From Scyliorhinus canicula (taxonomy: Eukaryota): a DNA stretch of 64,000 bases. The stretch's first letter is position 1; the number at the start of each line of letters is the position of its first letter. The notes under the pieces are model-generated. The model did no database searches. It saw only the letters and a program-made list of their open reading frames with translations, and had not been told where the DNA came from. The translations under genes and the position numbers were made by a program. Shown here piece after piece: positions 38,905-51,998 of this stretch. The DNA is taken from assembly GCF_902713615.1 (NCBI RefSeq), contig NC_052154.1:81137072-81201071 (forward strand). Direction: 5' to 3'.

Positions 38905-39098
38905 AAATAAATGAAAAATGAAATTAAAATCGCTTATTGTCACAAGTAGGCTTCAATTAAGTTACTGTGAAAAGCCCCTAGTCGCCACATTCGGGCGCAT
39001 GTTCGGGGAGGCTGGTACGGGAATTGAACCGTGCTGCTGGCCTGCCTAGGTGTGCTTTAAAAGCCAGCGATTTAGCCCAGTGTGCTAAACCAGCCCCT
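38905..39098 (-). mobile_element. Short tRNA-derived SINE with a (TTTCA)n tail; other copies at ~16661-16826, ~10405-10697 and ~33230-33490
   Basis: tcgcttattgtcacaagtaggc...ctagtcgccacattc...gggaattgaacc is shared among these copies. Confidence 0.7.
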
Positions 39099-39347
39099 AA
39101 GAACAAAACATTCTTCAGAGCTTAAAATGAATAAATAATGGAGACTTTTATCAATACAAATGTCTGCCTTTAGGGTCTTCTGCTCTAATTGACTACCTAG
39201 TTGCCAAGTTATGAATTTCACTTCAAATTTAACTACTTTTTCAGTGGATTGCAATGGAATGTCATGTGTAGGTGACAACGGTGCCACATCAATGCCAATT
39301 CACCACTTTCCTTTACAGTTATTAGCGTGTAGTCGTGTGGTAGCCAT

Positions 39348-39586
39348 GATGTGGAGATGCCGGCGTTGGACTGGGGTGAGCACAGTAAGAAGTCTTACAA
39401 CACCAGGTTAAAGTCCAACAGGTTTGTTTCAAACACGAGCTTTCGGAGCACGGCTCCTTCTTCAGGTGAATCTCATTCTTCAGGTGAATCAGATTCATTC
39501 ACCTGAAGAAGGAGCCGTGCTCCGAAAGCTCGTGTTTGAAACAAACCTGTTGGACTTTAACCTGGTGTTGTAAGACTTCTTACTGT
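39348..39586. mobile_element. Penelope-like fold-back fragment (~90-bp arms)
   Basis: Same terminal sequence gatgtggagatgccggcgttggactggggtgagcacagtaagaag. Arms 39382-39471 and 39497-39586. Flanking tagtcgtgtg is duplicated. Confidence 0.75.
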
Positions 39587-40199
39587 AGTCGTGTGCACAT
39601 TTTTGTATTAAAAATATATTCAGTTAGCTATATTTGTATAATCAAATATCATATTGTAAATTGAGAATGCTCGATGTTAATTAAAACTGAATATTAAACG
39701 TTTCAGTTAACCGTAACAGCGAATCGTGAGAATATGAGTCCAAGCCAAATAGTGAGAGGAACGGTACTAATGTAAATTGGACTCAAGCAGTGATCTCAGA
39801 TCGCAACCAGCTATCGTCTCGTCAAACGTGTTGTTTCCCACACCGAAACTGGCAAACTGGATTAGTTTGAGAATAACTTATTGCTAAAGTTTAACCAAAA
39901 TAAAATGACGGCAATTTGCATCAGGAAAAGTAACGAAAGCATTCAATTGTCTTAATTCTTCAAAGGGGTTATCTCTAATATGGAATATTCCACGATTTCT
40001 GCAACCTTACCATATCAGTTGCCATGACTAAAATGTATGCATTTGCAAGTGTTTTGCCGGACTAGGTGTGTCTGCATGTGTTGATTTGTGTCTCTGCGTG
40101 TGTTGCGGAGATATCCAAATGGACATATTTCATCCTCACATGACACATGCAAGTGGAAGTAAATGTCGAGGAAACAAGAATGGAGACTCTAGATAACAA

Positions 40200-41650
40200 A
40201 CCATCTGATCCACCAATGTATTATACCAGATTTCAACCACCCTCTGGTTGAAAAAGCTTTCCCTCGCATCTCCTCTACACCTCCTGCTCATTACCTTAAA
40301 CCTATGTCCCCTGGTTATTGATCCATCAACTAAGGGGAAAAGTACTTTCCTACCCACCCTATCTATGTCATTCAAAATGTTATACACCTCTATCAGGTCC
40401 CCTCTCAGCCTTCTCAGTTCCAGGGAAAACAACCTCAGCCTTTGCAGTCTCTCTTGATAGTGAAACACTACAGCCCAAGCAACATCCTGGTAAGTCTTCT
40501 CTGCACCCTCTCCAGCGCAATCATTTCCTTCCTATAGTGTTGTGACCAGAACTGCACACAGTACTCCAGCTGAGGTCCAATCAGCATTTTATACACTTCC
40601 AACATAAGCTCCCTGCTCTTATATTCAATACCGTACAAAGGATAAAAACCCATAAGCCGTTTTACCCACCTTATCTACCTGTCCTCCTGTCTTCATAGGT
40701 CAGTGGAGATATATAACAAGGTCCGTTTGAAACTCTGTACTTCCTAGGATCCGACCATTAATTGTATATTCCCTTGCCTTGTTAGTCCTCCCAAAATCCA
40801 TTACCTCACACGTTTCCACAAAGAATTTAGCCAAATTTTAAAAACAGGATCTCCCTTTGACAAAACCATGCTGACTATCCTTGCTTTTTAAAAATTCATT
40901 TACGGAATGTGGGCACCGCTGGTTAGGTCAGCATTTATTGCCCGTCTCTAATTTCCCTTCAGAAGGTGGTGCTGAGTCCCTTCTTGAACCTCTGCAGTTC
41001 TTCAGGGTATAGCTACACTCACTATGCTGTTAGGGATAGAGTTCCAGATTTTTGTCCCAGATTAATCCATGCCTCCTCAAGTGGACACATATTATAGCCC
41101 TAAGAATGTTTTTCAGTAGTTTCCCTACCACTAAAGTTAGACCCATTGGCCTGTACTTTGCTGGTTTGTCTCTACTTCACTTCTTGAATAATGGGGCCAC
41201 ATTTGTTGTCCTCCAGTTCTTCGCCCGTGACCAGAGAAGATTTGAATTATTTTTTTCAGAGCCACGGCAATCCCTCCTTTGCCAGTTATAACTGTTAATT
41301 CCTCCTCCCTCTCAATGTTAAGTCGTTCAAGAAAATCACAATATGCCTCCCTGATTTTTATAGTTACATCATCCTTCTCCGTAGTGAACACAGATGCAAA
41401 GTACGCATTTAAAACCTCACCTGTATCTTCTGTGCCATACAAAAAATTCCACCTTGGTCCCTTATGGGGCCAATTCTAACCCAGTCAATCTTCTGCTCTT
41501 ACTATACTTAAAACACCTTTTTAGTTTTCTTTGTTTTACCCACCGTTGCTTTTTCATGCCCCTCTTCATTCTCCTTTTTATAGGTGGCTCCCTGCACTTT
41601 CTATACTCTTCTAGCGTTTCTGCTGTTTTAATCGGGTATCTGCCATGGGC
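40200..41650 (-). mobile_element. CR1 LINE fragments
   Basis: ORFs RLRLFSLELRRLRGDLIEVYNIL, GPQLEYCVQFWS and VLNAYFASVFT. Confidence 0.8.
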
Positions 41651-41899
41651 CTCACTTTCTATTGATATAGGGCCTGAAAGACATATCTGCTTGACTGCCT
41701 GTGCACTAGGTGATAAGTGAACCATAAGAGAGAAAAATCGACTACCTATTACAGATGCTCCTTTGCAGCATGGCCAGTGCAATTGCCACTGCACAGTAGT
41801 TATGGAGACGAAACCCCATATTTACACTGACAACGAATCCCATTGTGTTATGTCACTGTTTCCTTCATTAGGATTCCTGGGTATACCCTGCCCCAGCGG

Positions 41900-42700
41900 C
41901 AGCACTGACCAACCCCTCCCCCCAAAAAAGTGGCGGCATTGTAGTTTGCAGTCTGTAGGAATGAACACTGCTCAGTCCTTACTGAGACAAAGCTACATCT
42001 TTACATCAACGACACCTCAGTTTGTTCTGTGAAACTAGCAACTGTGCTAAATAAGAAGGTTTTGGAACAGAGTTAGGATATCAGAATCGAGCAGCCACGA
42101 AATACTGTGCACCATTAGTGGCAGCAAAATTGTATAAACCATAGCCTGTAACATCACAGCCCAGCATATCCCTGACTGTACCATTGCCGTGAAGTCAGTC
42201 AAACAACCTTGTGCCAGGAGGAAGAGAGGAATGTAACCCAGCAACAGCACGCTTCCCCAAATACCCGGTGCTGATTGGGCGAAGGCAACATGCGTGTCAA
42301 GCAGTGGAGACAGATTATAATAGAAAGAGCTAAGCGATCCAACACCCAATGGTTCAGAGAAGGGCTTTGCCAAATTCATTTGTGAACGTTGCAGACAATT
42401 AGAGGAGAAGGCTACAGAGACATCCCCATCAATCATGGGAGAGCCAACATCTCCATGCCAAATATCTGAGTGTTTGCAGCCACCTCAAGCCAGAAGTACC
42501 GAGGGGATGATTCAACTTGGTTTATTTCTGAGGTCCCAAACATCAGAGGTGCCAGTCTTCAGCTAACTCAAATCGCCCCATGTTATATCAAGAAACGACT
42601 CCATGTATTGAATGTGAACCTCTCAGCTGCAGGTGTGAAAACCAATGCTAGAGAACCAGCTCTATTACAAGTCAAGTTGTTGTGGTACGCCTACAATACA
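41900..42700 (+). mobile_element. Highly decayed Harbinger-like transposase fragment
   Basis: Broken frames loosely resemble the transposase GFP-x-x-x-GAID and NRKG-x-x-S motifs (RFPQIPGADW..., YNRKS). Heavily degenerate. Confidence 0.3.
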
Positions 42701-42863
42701 GGCATTTATTGGGCAATGTGGGAAATTTCCCAGATATATGCCACCAACAAAAAAGGCTCATTATAATTTCCAAATTGCCATCCCATCAATTTACTCCCCA
42801 TCATTAGAAATGTGCTGGAAGTTGTGGTGGAGTGTTTTTATGTATTCAACAAATATGACCTCT

Positions 42864-42951
42864 CCTTCGATAGCTCAGCTGGTAGTGCGGAGGACTGTAG
42901 ATGATTAAAACTGACATCCTTAGGTCGCTGGTTCAATTCCGGCTCGAAGGA
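42864..42951 (+). tRNA. tRNA-Tyr-GTA: tRNA-Tyr (GTA) with a 15-nt intron
   Basis: CCTTCGATAGCTCAGCTGGTAGTGCGGAGGACTGTAG-[atgattaaaactgac]-ATCCTTAGGTCGCTGGTTCAATTCCGGCTCGAAGGA matches the vertebrate tRNA-Tyr pattern, with the intron after position 37 (42901-42915). One D-stem variant (A23->T). Confidence 0.93.
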
Positions 42952-42963
42952 AGTCCCCTTCCA

Positions 42964-42968
42964 TTTTT
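42964..42968 (+). terminator. Pol III terminator (T5) of tRNA-Tyr
   Basis: TTTTT 13 nt downstream of the tRNA 3' end. Confidence 0.6.
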
Positions 42969-43309
42969 GGGGCCTCACGGTAGCATGGTGGTTAGCATCA
43001 ATGCTTCACAGCTCCAGGGTCCCAGGTTTGATTCCCGGCTGGGTCACTGTCTGTGTGGAGTCTGCACGTCCTCCCCGTGTGTGCGTGGGTTTCCTCCGGG
43101 TGCTCCGGTTTCCTCCCACAGTCCAAAGATGTGCGGGTTAGGTGGATTGGCCATGCTAAATTGCCCGTAGTGTAAGGTTAATGGGGGGATTGTTGGGTTA
43201 CGGGTATACGGGTTATGTGGGTTTAAGTAGGGTGATCATTGCTCGGCACAACATCGAGGGCCGAAGGGCCTGTTCTGTGCTGTACTGTTCTAAATTCTAA
43301 ATTCTAAAT
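42969..43309 (+). mobile_element. Full-length V-SINE/HE1-like SINE directly downstream of tRNA-Tyr
   Basis: Head ggggcctcacggtagcatggtgg, core, and tail (tctaaat)3. Confidence 0.85.
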
Positions 43310-43938
43310 GAGCATTGCTGGCTGGAGAAGAATCTATTACCCATCACAAATTGCCCTCCAGAAGGTGGTGATGATCTACCTTCTTCAACCGTTGCTGTCC
43401 ATACTCTGCTAGGGAGGGAGTTCCACGATTTTGAACTGGCGACAGTGACTGATCGGCGATTACGTTCTGCATCAGGATTGTGTGCAGCTTGGAGGGGAAC
43501 TTGCAGGTGTTGTGTCCCCATCCACCTGCTACCCTTGTTCTTCTAGGTCTCAGTGGTGTTAGTTTGGAAGGTGCTGTCCAAGGAGGTTGGGGTGTTGTTA
43601 CAGTGCATCTTGTAGATAGGCTATTAAGGAATACCAACTTGGCAATCAGCTGGCCACCAATGCTCAGTTTAAGTTCCGCCAGGATCCCTCGGCCTCAGAC
43701 CTCATTATAGCGTTTGTGCAAACATAGACCAAAGTGCGGAATTCCAGAGGTGCAGCGAAAGTGACTTCCCCTGATGCCAAAACAGCATTTTTTTCAAGTT
43801 TAACATCAAGAAACTGGGGGATTAAAATAAATGGGATTCAAGAGGAGAACCTTTGTTTATTGGAATCATATCTCGGACAAAAAATGTGGCTGTTGGGGGG
43901 CAATCTTCTCTGACCTATGGCAAGACGTCAGGAACTCC

Positions 43939-44535
43939 TGTAGGTGAATTGATGTCACATGATTAGTTTTAGTTCAGTGTAATAATGTCTCTGATTAAAC
44001 TTCTCGTGAATGTCAGTTTTAGCAACATGTGACTGTATTAGCTTCACTTTGCAGGAGATTGTCGTCTTCAAGGTTGAATGATCAGCTCAAATTTGTTATC
44101 AGCAAAAATGCTGGCAGGATGTTATGGGTACAAGGGAAGGAAGTATAACATCAGATGTTCCTTATGTTAGTTTAGCTCATAGGTTTGAAGAAGAAGTCAT
44201 TACCTTTAACTTTGAATTAGAGTTAAAATGTGTGATAGTATGTGGTCCGTTGTAATAGTATAGTTATTTAGATCATCATTATTCAACGCCATGTATTAAC
44301 TAAACGTATAAGGACACTGGTTTAGAACGTCACATTTTAAACTGTGACTATTGCTATACACTTATATTGTGTTCTCACTCTTGCAACTTTAAATACAACT
44401 TGCATTATGACTTTCTGCATCACTACTTCATAACTTTCGGTATTAGATATACATAGTCTTAAGCTGTAAATAACTCTGTCACTTTAGTCTTTGTTCTAAC
44501 ATTGAAGTGACTAATTCCGAACCCCAATATCTACA
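43939..44535. mobile_element. Solo-LTR-like element
   Basis: 597 bp bounded by TGTAG...CTACA. No clear TSD. Confidence 0.4.
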
Positions 44536-45359
44536 GAGTAAAGGACAGGGACTCTAATGCAGTCACTGATAAGGATCTTATTCAGTGAGTGACTTGCGCT
44601 AGTTAAGCAAATCCCAAGACGACGCATTCAAGGCGCCATTCCTAAGGAAATCACAGGATAGTTCCACAATCCTAAATAAATGGACAAGGAAGATACAAGA
44701 AAACATATTTTGATCTTAGCAAGAGGTGACAAAAACAAACATTAATGAGAGGCATGGTGCCGCAAGTAATTGACAGCTGAGATGGCAAGTCGGAGGATAA
44801 AGCGAAATGACATCATAAAATGAACACCACCCTCGAGAAACCAATTAGAAATTGACCATGCCATCAAGAGCAATCTGATATTGATCATGCACCCGTTCAG
44901 CCAATTAACAATAAGCCTTGCCTCATTCAAGCCAGTCCGAAAACAATAGTATCACCGATAATGCTGTGCGATGTGGCTTGAGGGGGTGAATAAAGAACTG
45001 CTTACAGTGAGCAAGGCGTGCACGAAGTTTCGAAGTGAACTTTGCAGAGTTTTCGGTCAACAGCAAAGCAGAAGACCCACAGAGGTTACGGGCAAAGAAG
45101 GGAAGTCGAGTGTCGCCTCGCACCGAGTCGAACCGGAAAGCAAGAGCTGTAGTACGGCCGTCAATTCGCTGCCCTGCTTTGCTACATATTAATTCATAAC
45201 AAGTTTCCTGAGTTACTTTGTCTCCTGCATTGGGGCAGTACGGTAGCATAGTGGTTAGCACAAGTTGCTTCATAGCTCCAGTATGAAGCTTCTGCACCCC
45301 AGTACACAACGTATACACCAGGATTGACTTCTTTGTGGTGGGGAAATCGGTGTTTCCAG

Positions 45360-48300
45360 GGCTGGTCAAAGCGGAATACTCAGCAATCGTAATCTCCGAC
45401 CACGCTCTACATTACATAGTTGTGAGGTGAGAGATGGGCAAGGCACAACGCCTCACATGGAGGTTGTACACTGCCCTAATAGCCGACACGTCTTTCAGCG
45501 AAAAGGTATCGCAGGCCCTAGTGGAGTATACGGAAAGCAACCAAAACGGGGAGGTCTCACCCTCCACATTCTGGGAGGCGCTAAAGGCCTTAATTAGAGG
45601 GGAAATTGTCGCCTTCAAAGAGCGAAGAGTCAGGGCAGAAAGGACGGCTAGGCAGCAGTTGGTCGACTCCATACTGGAAGCAGTCCGTAAATACTCTGAG
45701 GCACCAACCGTAGAGCTCCTGGCAGAGTGGAAAAAGCCACAAATGGAATTTGACCTGCTCTCCACGAGTAAAGCTGTGCATCAACTCCACCAGGTATGGG
45801 GGACCCAATGCAAATACGGAGACAGAGCCAGAGGCCGGCTGGCACACCAGCTGAGAACACAGGCTGCCACCAGAGAGATTGCGCAAATTTGCGGCAACAG
45901 AGGCACATTGGAAACAGACCCAGAAAAGTTCAACAAAATCTTTCAGGTCTTTTACCAAGGGTTGTACACCTCGGAGCCCTCAACAGGGTCTCGGGGATTA
46001 AATGGTTCCTCGATGGACTGGACATGCAAGTTGTGGGGGAAGACAGAAAACGGGGCCTGGAAGCACCACTAGAACTGGGAGAGAGCATGGAGAGTATTAG
46101 CTCCAAGCAGGCGGGGCAGATGCTGGGAGCAAATGGGTTCCCGGCGGACATCGACAAAATATTTGCGACAGCCCTGGCCCCGCATCTGCGGGAGATGTTC
46201 ACAGACTTTATGGCAAGCGGCACACTGCCACCTACACTTGCACAGGCCTCAATATCGCTAAACCTAAGAAATACAAAGACCCAACAGAATGCGGGTCATA
46301 CAGACCTGTCTCATTACTAAACATAGACGCCAAAATACTGGCCAAGATTCTCACCAAAAGGCTGGAGAGCTGTTCCCAGATATGATTGCAGAGGGCCAGG
46401 TGGGCTTTGTAAAAGGTAGACAACTAACATCGAACATCAGGTGCCTGCTTGTGGAGAGAACACCAGAGATGATTATCTCCCTGGAGGCAGAAATGCTCTT
46501 TAACAGAATCGAGTGAAAGTACCTCATACAGGTACTGGGGCGGTTCACGCTTGGGTCAGGATTCACCTACTGGGTGAAGCTCCTGTACAGCGCTTCCATG
46601 GCGAGAGTATGGACAAAAAACACCCAGCACAGGGGCAGCAGGCAGGGATGCCGGATGTTCCCACTGCTGTTCGCCCGAGCGATCAAACCACTAGAGATCA
46701 CTCTCTGAACAGCAAAAAACTGGATGGGAATCCCAAGAGGGGCAGGAGTACAGAGTCTCACTTTGAGCAGATGTCCTACCTGCTCCTCTACATCTCAGAC
46801 CATAAAGCAACATGGGAAGAATCAGTACACTCCTGGAACTGTTTGGTGCCTTCTCGGGCTACAAACTCAATATGAGCAAATGCGGGATGTTCCTGATGAA
46901 CCTTCAATGGGGTGGGACAGCGCTGGAGGGACTCCGTTTAAACAAGCCCGACGCAAATTCCGCTACCTGGGGATCCAATTCACTCACGATTGGGTGGGGG
47001 TTCACGTAGAACCTGACCAGTCTGTCAGAGGAAGTCAAAAAGGACCTGCAAAGATGAAGCACACTCCCACTCTTCCTTGTGAGGAGAGTGCAGATGATCA
47101 AAATGAACATCCTGCCAGGTACCTCTTCCAACTTGGATCTATCCTGAACTATATCCTCAAGGCCTTTTACAACTCACTGGACAAGACAATCTTGATGTTT
47201 GTAGGGGGGGAATGGAAGAATGCTAGGATCCCAATGAAGGTCCTATAGAAAGGAAAGTCCAGGGGAGGGCTAGACTCCCAGTGCCACTCGGTAGCGACTG
47301 CAGAAAGAGTAATGGGATGGATTAGGGAGCCAGAAGCCAGGTGGGTGTGCACAGAGGATGCCTCCTGCATGGGGACATCGCTCCTGGTCTTCGCCATGGT
47401 GGCACTCCCATTCCCACCCAAAAAACACTCCAGCAGCCCAGTGGTGGTAGGCAGCTTCCAGGCCTGGAACCAATTACGGAAGCAATTCGGCCTGTCCACA
47501 ATATCCGACAAAGCCCCTCATCTGCGACAACCATAGGTTTGTGCCAGTGTTCACTGATGCCACCATTAAAAGGCAGAGACAGGACGGAGTACACTGACAG
47601 CCAGGGATCTATACACTGACGACAGGTTCACAACACTGGATGAACTGATGGAGAGATTTCAACTAGCTACAGGCAACAAACACAGATACCTGCTGCTTAA
47701 CAACTTCCTACGGAAGGAGACAAGGATGTACCCATGACCACCGTGACAGACACTACTAGAGGAAATACTGGACGCAAGCATTCTAGGTAGAGGAAACTGT
47801 AATGGCATGCATGAACGACTGGTAGGAAGGGCTGACACTGTACTGGATGCGACGAGGATGAAATTGGAGGAAGACCTGGGGCTAGAAATAGGGCGAGGAC
47901 TCTGGCGTGAGGCACTACATAAGGTTAACTCCAGCTCCACATGCGAAAGACTCAATCTAACGCAAATAAAGGTGGTACATAGAGCCCACTTAACAAGAAC
48001 CCGAATGAGTAGGTTCTTCCCGGCGGTGCAGGACACATGTGAATGGTGCCAAGGAGGCCCGGCGAACCACGCCCACATGTTCTGGTCTTGCCCCAGACTT
48101 GCTGGGTACTGGACAGCCTTCTTCGAGGCAATGTCTAAGGTGGTGGAGATGAGGGTGGAGCCATGCCAGAAAGTCCCGGCCTTCAGGCTATCAGACCAAC
48201 CAGATCTCTTCACGTGGAGGAGGGCGGAGGCCCTTGCCTTTGCCTCCCTGATCGCCTGCCATAGAATCCTGTTTGGCTGGCGGTCAGCAGCATCACCCAA

Positions 48301-49150
48301 AGCCGCAGACTGGCTGTCCGACCTCTCGGAATTTCTCCAAATGGAGAAAATTAAATTCTCCATCGGGGGTCAGAAGGTGGCTTCCTCAGAACATGAAAAC
48401 CATTCACCCAACTGTTCTGGGACCTGTTTGTGGCCAAAGAATAATCAAATAAATAATTAAGTCGCCAAAAGCCAGGGGAAAGTAGCCAAGACGTGAGAAA
48501 AGAGAGGGAAGGGAGGGAAGACCCGGGGTACCGGGGGGGGGGGGGGCGGCAGTGCAAGAGGGGGTAGCCAAACACAACGTAAAGAAGAGGGAGGCGCAAA
48601 GAGGGCGAGGAGGGGGGAGGGGGCAGGGAAGGTGGAGAATGGGGGGGGGGGGAGCAGGGAAGAAGGAAGGACAGTGGGCAAGAAATAACAGAGAGGAGCC
48701 AGAAGGGAGGAAAGACGAGGGAACACAAACTGTAAGGAGAACGCGGGAAACAACAATGACCACAACAAACACAGCAGGGCAACAGAGAGAAGAAGTAAGG
48801 GAGGAAGGAACGAAAGACTGCCGAGGCGGAGGCAAACACACACAACCGACCAAGAGAAGCAGGTAACACCAGGGGCACTGTCCAGGCGTCCCGCCAACCC
48901 AGTTTTGTTTTGTTTTGCTTGTTCTGTATGTATCTTATTTCTTTAAAAAAACAGAAAAGAATAGGGGAGAACACCCCCCCCCCCCCATGACAATGACATG
49001 TCTCTCCGTTGCCTCTATGTGTATACACTTCCCCAGTTTTTATTTTCCCTTCCCTTGATTTTTATTTTAGTTATATAATGTTTTAATTATCTGTTTTTGG
49101 TTTCTCTATGTGTACATCTGTAAATATACCATGTAAATTAAAAAAAAAAT
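45360..49150 (+). mobile_element. L1-clade (Tx1/L1-like) LINE, 5'-truncated and degenerate, with GA-rich/T-rich 3' UTR and A-tail
   Basis: End of endonuclease (ISDHAL), WEALKALIRGEIV, RT fragments, and the C-terminal CEWCQGGPANHAHMFWSC motif, spread over several frameshifted ORFs. Poly-A is near 49140. Confidence 0.9.
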
Positions 49151-49659
49151 TTTTTTTAAGTCCATGCAGGATTGTTAAAACATTCTCATTACTTCCATGG
49201 TTTGCAATGCAGGGATGATATTACAGGATGGTGACATTAAGGAAGGATAGATCTTTAATTTCATGGGTTAATTTAACATGAGACCGACTTTTCCAGATGG
49301 AAATTAAGAACGGCCTCAAATGGAATTAAAACACTTTGGATACGTTCAAAAATCGTTCACCGATTACATGACTGTTTTGGAGGAAATATGTGTTGATGCA
49401 ATTTTCATCAAAGTGCCAATAGAAGACGTTGGAGAATAGGAAATGTGACAATGTTTCTGCAACGCTGTTCCACCAATCTCTCAGAACACGGTCAACCCAT
49501 GGCTTACTACTACTAATAATAATATTTATTATAATAATCTTTATTGTCACAAATAGGCTTACATTAACACTGCAATTAAGTTACTGTTAAAAGCGCTTTC
49601 CCCCAGTAAGGAAGTTTTGTGCTATGAGCTCTGGGCAAATCAAGGTTGAAAGGAACGAC

Positions 49660-50035
49660 ATTTAAAATTATGAAGGGAATAGATAGGATAGATGCGGGCA
49701 GGTTGTTTCCACTGGCGGGTGAAAGCAGAACTAGGGGGCATAGCCTCAAAATAAGGGGAAGTAGATTGAGGACCGAGTTTAGGAGGAACTTCTTCACCCA
49801 AAGGGTTGTGAATCTATGGAATTCCTTGCCCAGTGAAGCAATTGAGGCTCCTTCATTAAATGTTTTTAAGGTAAAGATAGATAGTTTTTTGAAGAAAAAA
49901 GGGGTTAACAGTTATGGTGTTCGGGCCAGAAAGTGGAGCTGAGTCCACAAAAGATCAGCCATGATCTCATTGAATGGCGGAGCAGGTTCGAGGGGCCATA
50001 TGGCCTACTCCGGCTCCTAGTTCTTATGTTCTTAT
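49660..50035 (+). mobile_element. Young CR1 3' insertion present only in duplication copy A
   Basis: Absent at the matching position of copy B (53328-53335). Flanked by GAC...GAC, with a (ttcttatg)2 tail. Confidence 0.85.
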
Positions 50036-50934
50036 GACTCCATGGTACGCAGATGAACAAGAAAATACAATACGGCATTTGGGAAAACACAAAGCAACAC
50101 ACAAAAAGTGTTTTTTAAAAAGCAAAGATACAAATGCCTTACGTAGAAGAGCTTCATCTGTACCGAGAGTAGTGTTAGAAATGATGCAATGTTACATGTG
50201 AAGTAGAATATCTGTGGCGTGTGAACAGCAACTGTTCTTTTGGTTACTCTGAAACATTCGATGTGAAATTGCCTTTGATATTCATTAGCACGCACATTTG
50301 CAACGTGCCACAATTATATTTAGGACTAGAGATGTGGGTGCTTCAAACAGAGTGACTGCAACACGTCCGTCAGATCAATAAGCAATTGACCATGGTTAAT
50401 ATTTAGCAGCACATCTTGTCTCGACGGTAACTATATTGCAAACGGAGATAATCGGTTTTACTTTTTGAGAATGAGTAGAACGCCCACACATTAAACTGTA
50501 CTTCCTGTAAATAGATGCATCACGTTGAATAATTATCGAAACAATCTCCCGCAGATCAGTGGGGCGATTTTCATCTGTTAATACCTTGAAGGAATACATG
50601 ACGATTACGAAGCCTCGAGTTATTTCCATTGCCCTTGAACATTCCATAATATGTGATTGTGCACAAGGCATGTGGAAACAACACAAGGTCTTTAGATGAG
50701 GAAAGCCAATACGAAGGAACCCCTAGGAACAGGAATAAGGTATTCAGAGCCCCGAACCTGTCCCGCCATTCAATGAGATCATGACTGATCTGCGGCCTAA
50801 TTCCATATACCTGCATTTGGTCTGTATCCCTTAATTCATTTGCTAAACAAAATTTACATCTATTTCAGATTTAAAATTAGCAACGGTTCTGCCGTTAACT
50901 CCTCTTTGTGGGAGACAGTCCCAAACCTCTATCA

Positions 50935-51430
50935 CACTATAGGAAGGATGTGGAAGCATTGGAAAGGGTGAAGAGGAGATTTACCAGGATGTTGCCTGGT
51001 ATGGAGGGAAGATCTTATGAGGAAACGCTGAGGGACTTGAGGCTGTATTCGTCAGAGAGAAGAAGGTTAAGAGGTGACTTAATTGAGGCATACAAGATGA
51101 TTAGAGGATTAGGTAGGGTGGACAGTGAGAGCCTTTTTCCTCGGATGCTGGTGTCTAGCACGAGGAGTCATAGCTTTAAATTGAGGGGAGATAGATACAG
51201 GACAGATGTCAGAGGTAGGTTCTTTACTCAGAGAGTAGTAAGGGCGTGGAATGCCCTGCCTACAACAGTAGTCGACTCGCCAACACTAAACGCATTCAAA
51301 TGGTCATTGGATAGGCATATGGACGATAAGGGAGTAGTGTAGATGGGCTTTAGAGGGGTTTCACAGGTCGGCATAACATCGAGGGCCAAAAGGCCTGTAC
51401 TGCGCTGTAATGTTTTATGTTCTATGTTCT
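50935..51430 (+). mobile_element. CR1 3' fragment, shared by both duplication copies (copy B 54229-54724)
   Basis: YRKDVEALERVKRRFTRMLPG...LRGDLIEAYKM...FFTQRVV. Confidence 0.85.
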
Positions 51431-51998
51431 ATCATCCTTTGCGTGAAGAAATCCTTCCTAACATCGTGAACGACCTGGCCCTAATTTTTAAACCGTGCCA
51501 CCAAGTTCAAAGGGATTGGAGCAACTGCAGGAAAGAGAACGAAGAAAGACGAGTTACAAAACACAATTGGAAATTCAATAAGATTCGCACATTCTTCAGT
51601 CCATTTTATTACAGAATACCATTCGAAAACTGAGACCCCAGTCCTTTTAATTTGACAAAACTGTTAGATTAAAACGATCTCTCCTTAAAGCGGCATGTGA
51701 ACAGTTTTATTCAAGGCATCATATCTAAGTTCATGAGTTTCTCCGCAGGAAAATCACAACAGTATAAATGGTTGCATCGTCCATTCCAAAGAATCAACTA
51801 AATTAACATTGTGGAGGGGAGTTTGATGAGGATGGAAGGAGAAAATTAAATGGGTTGAACCTCACGAAGGTTTAACAAAAATGTTCCTCTGTATTTTTTA
51901 AATTGTATATCAGTGAGTTTACAACCTTGTGTGGTTAAATATACTATTTCCTTTCATGAATGGGTTATCCAACGGTTAGTTACACACTGATTTTCCAT

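Noticed and set aside
48351-49028. Long Pro/Leu/Ser-rich ORFs
   Set aside because: Antisense translation of the low-complexity GA-rich L1 3' UTR.
50396-50686. 96-aa minus-strand ORF repeated at 53691..53981
   Set aside because: The conservation is explained by the recent tandem duplication. There is no recognisable domain or exon structure.
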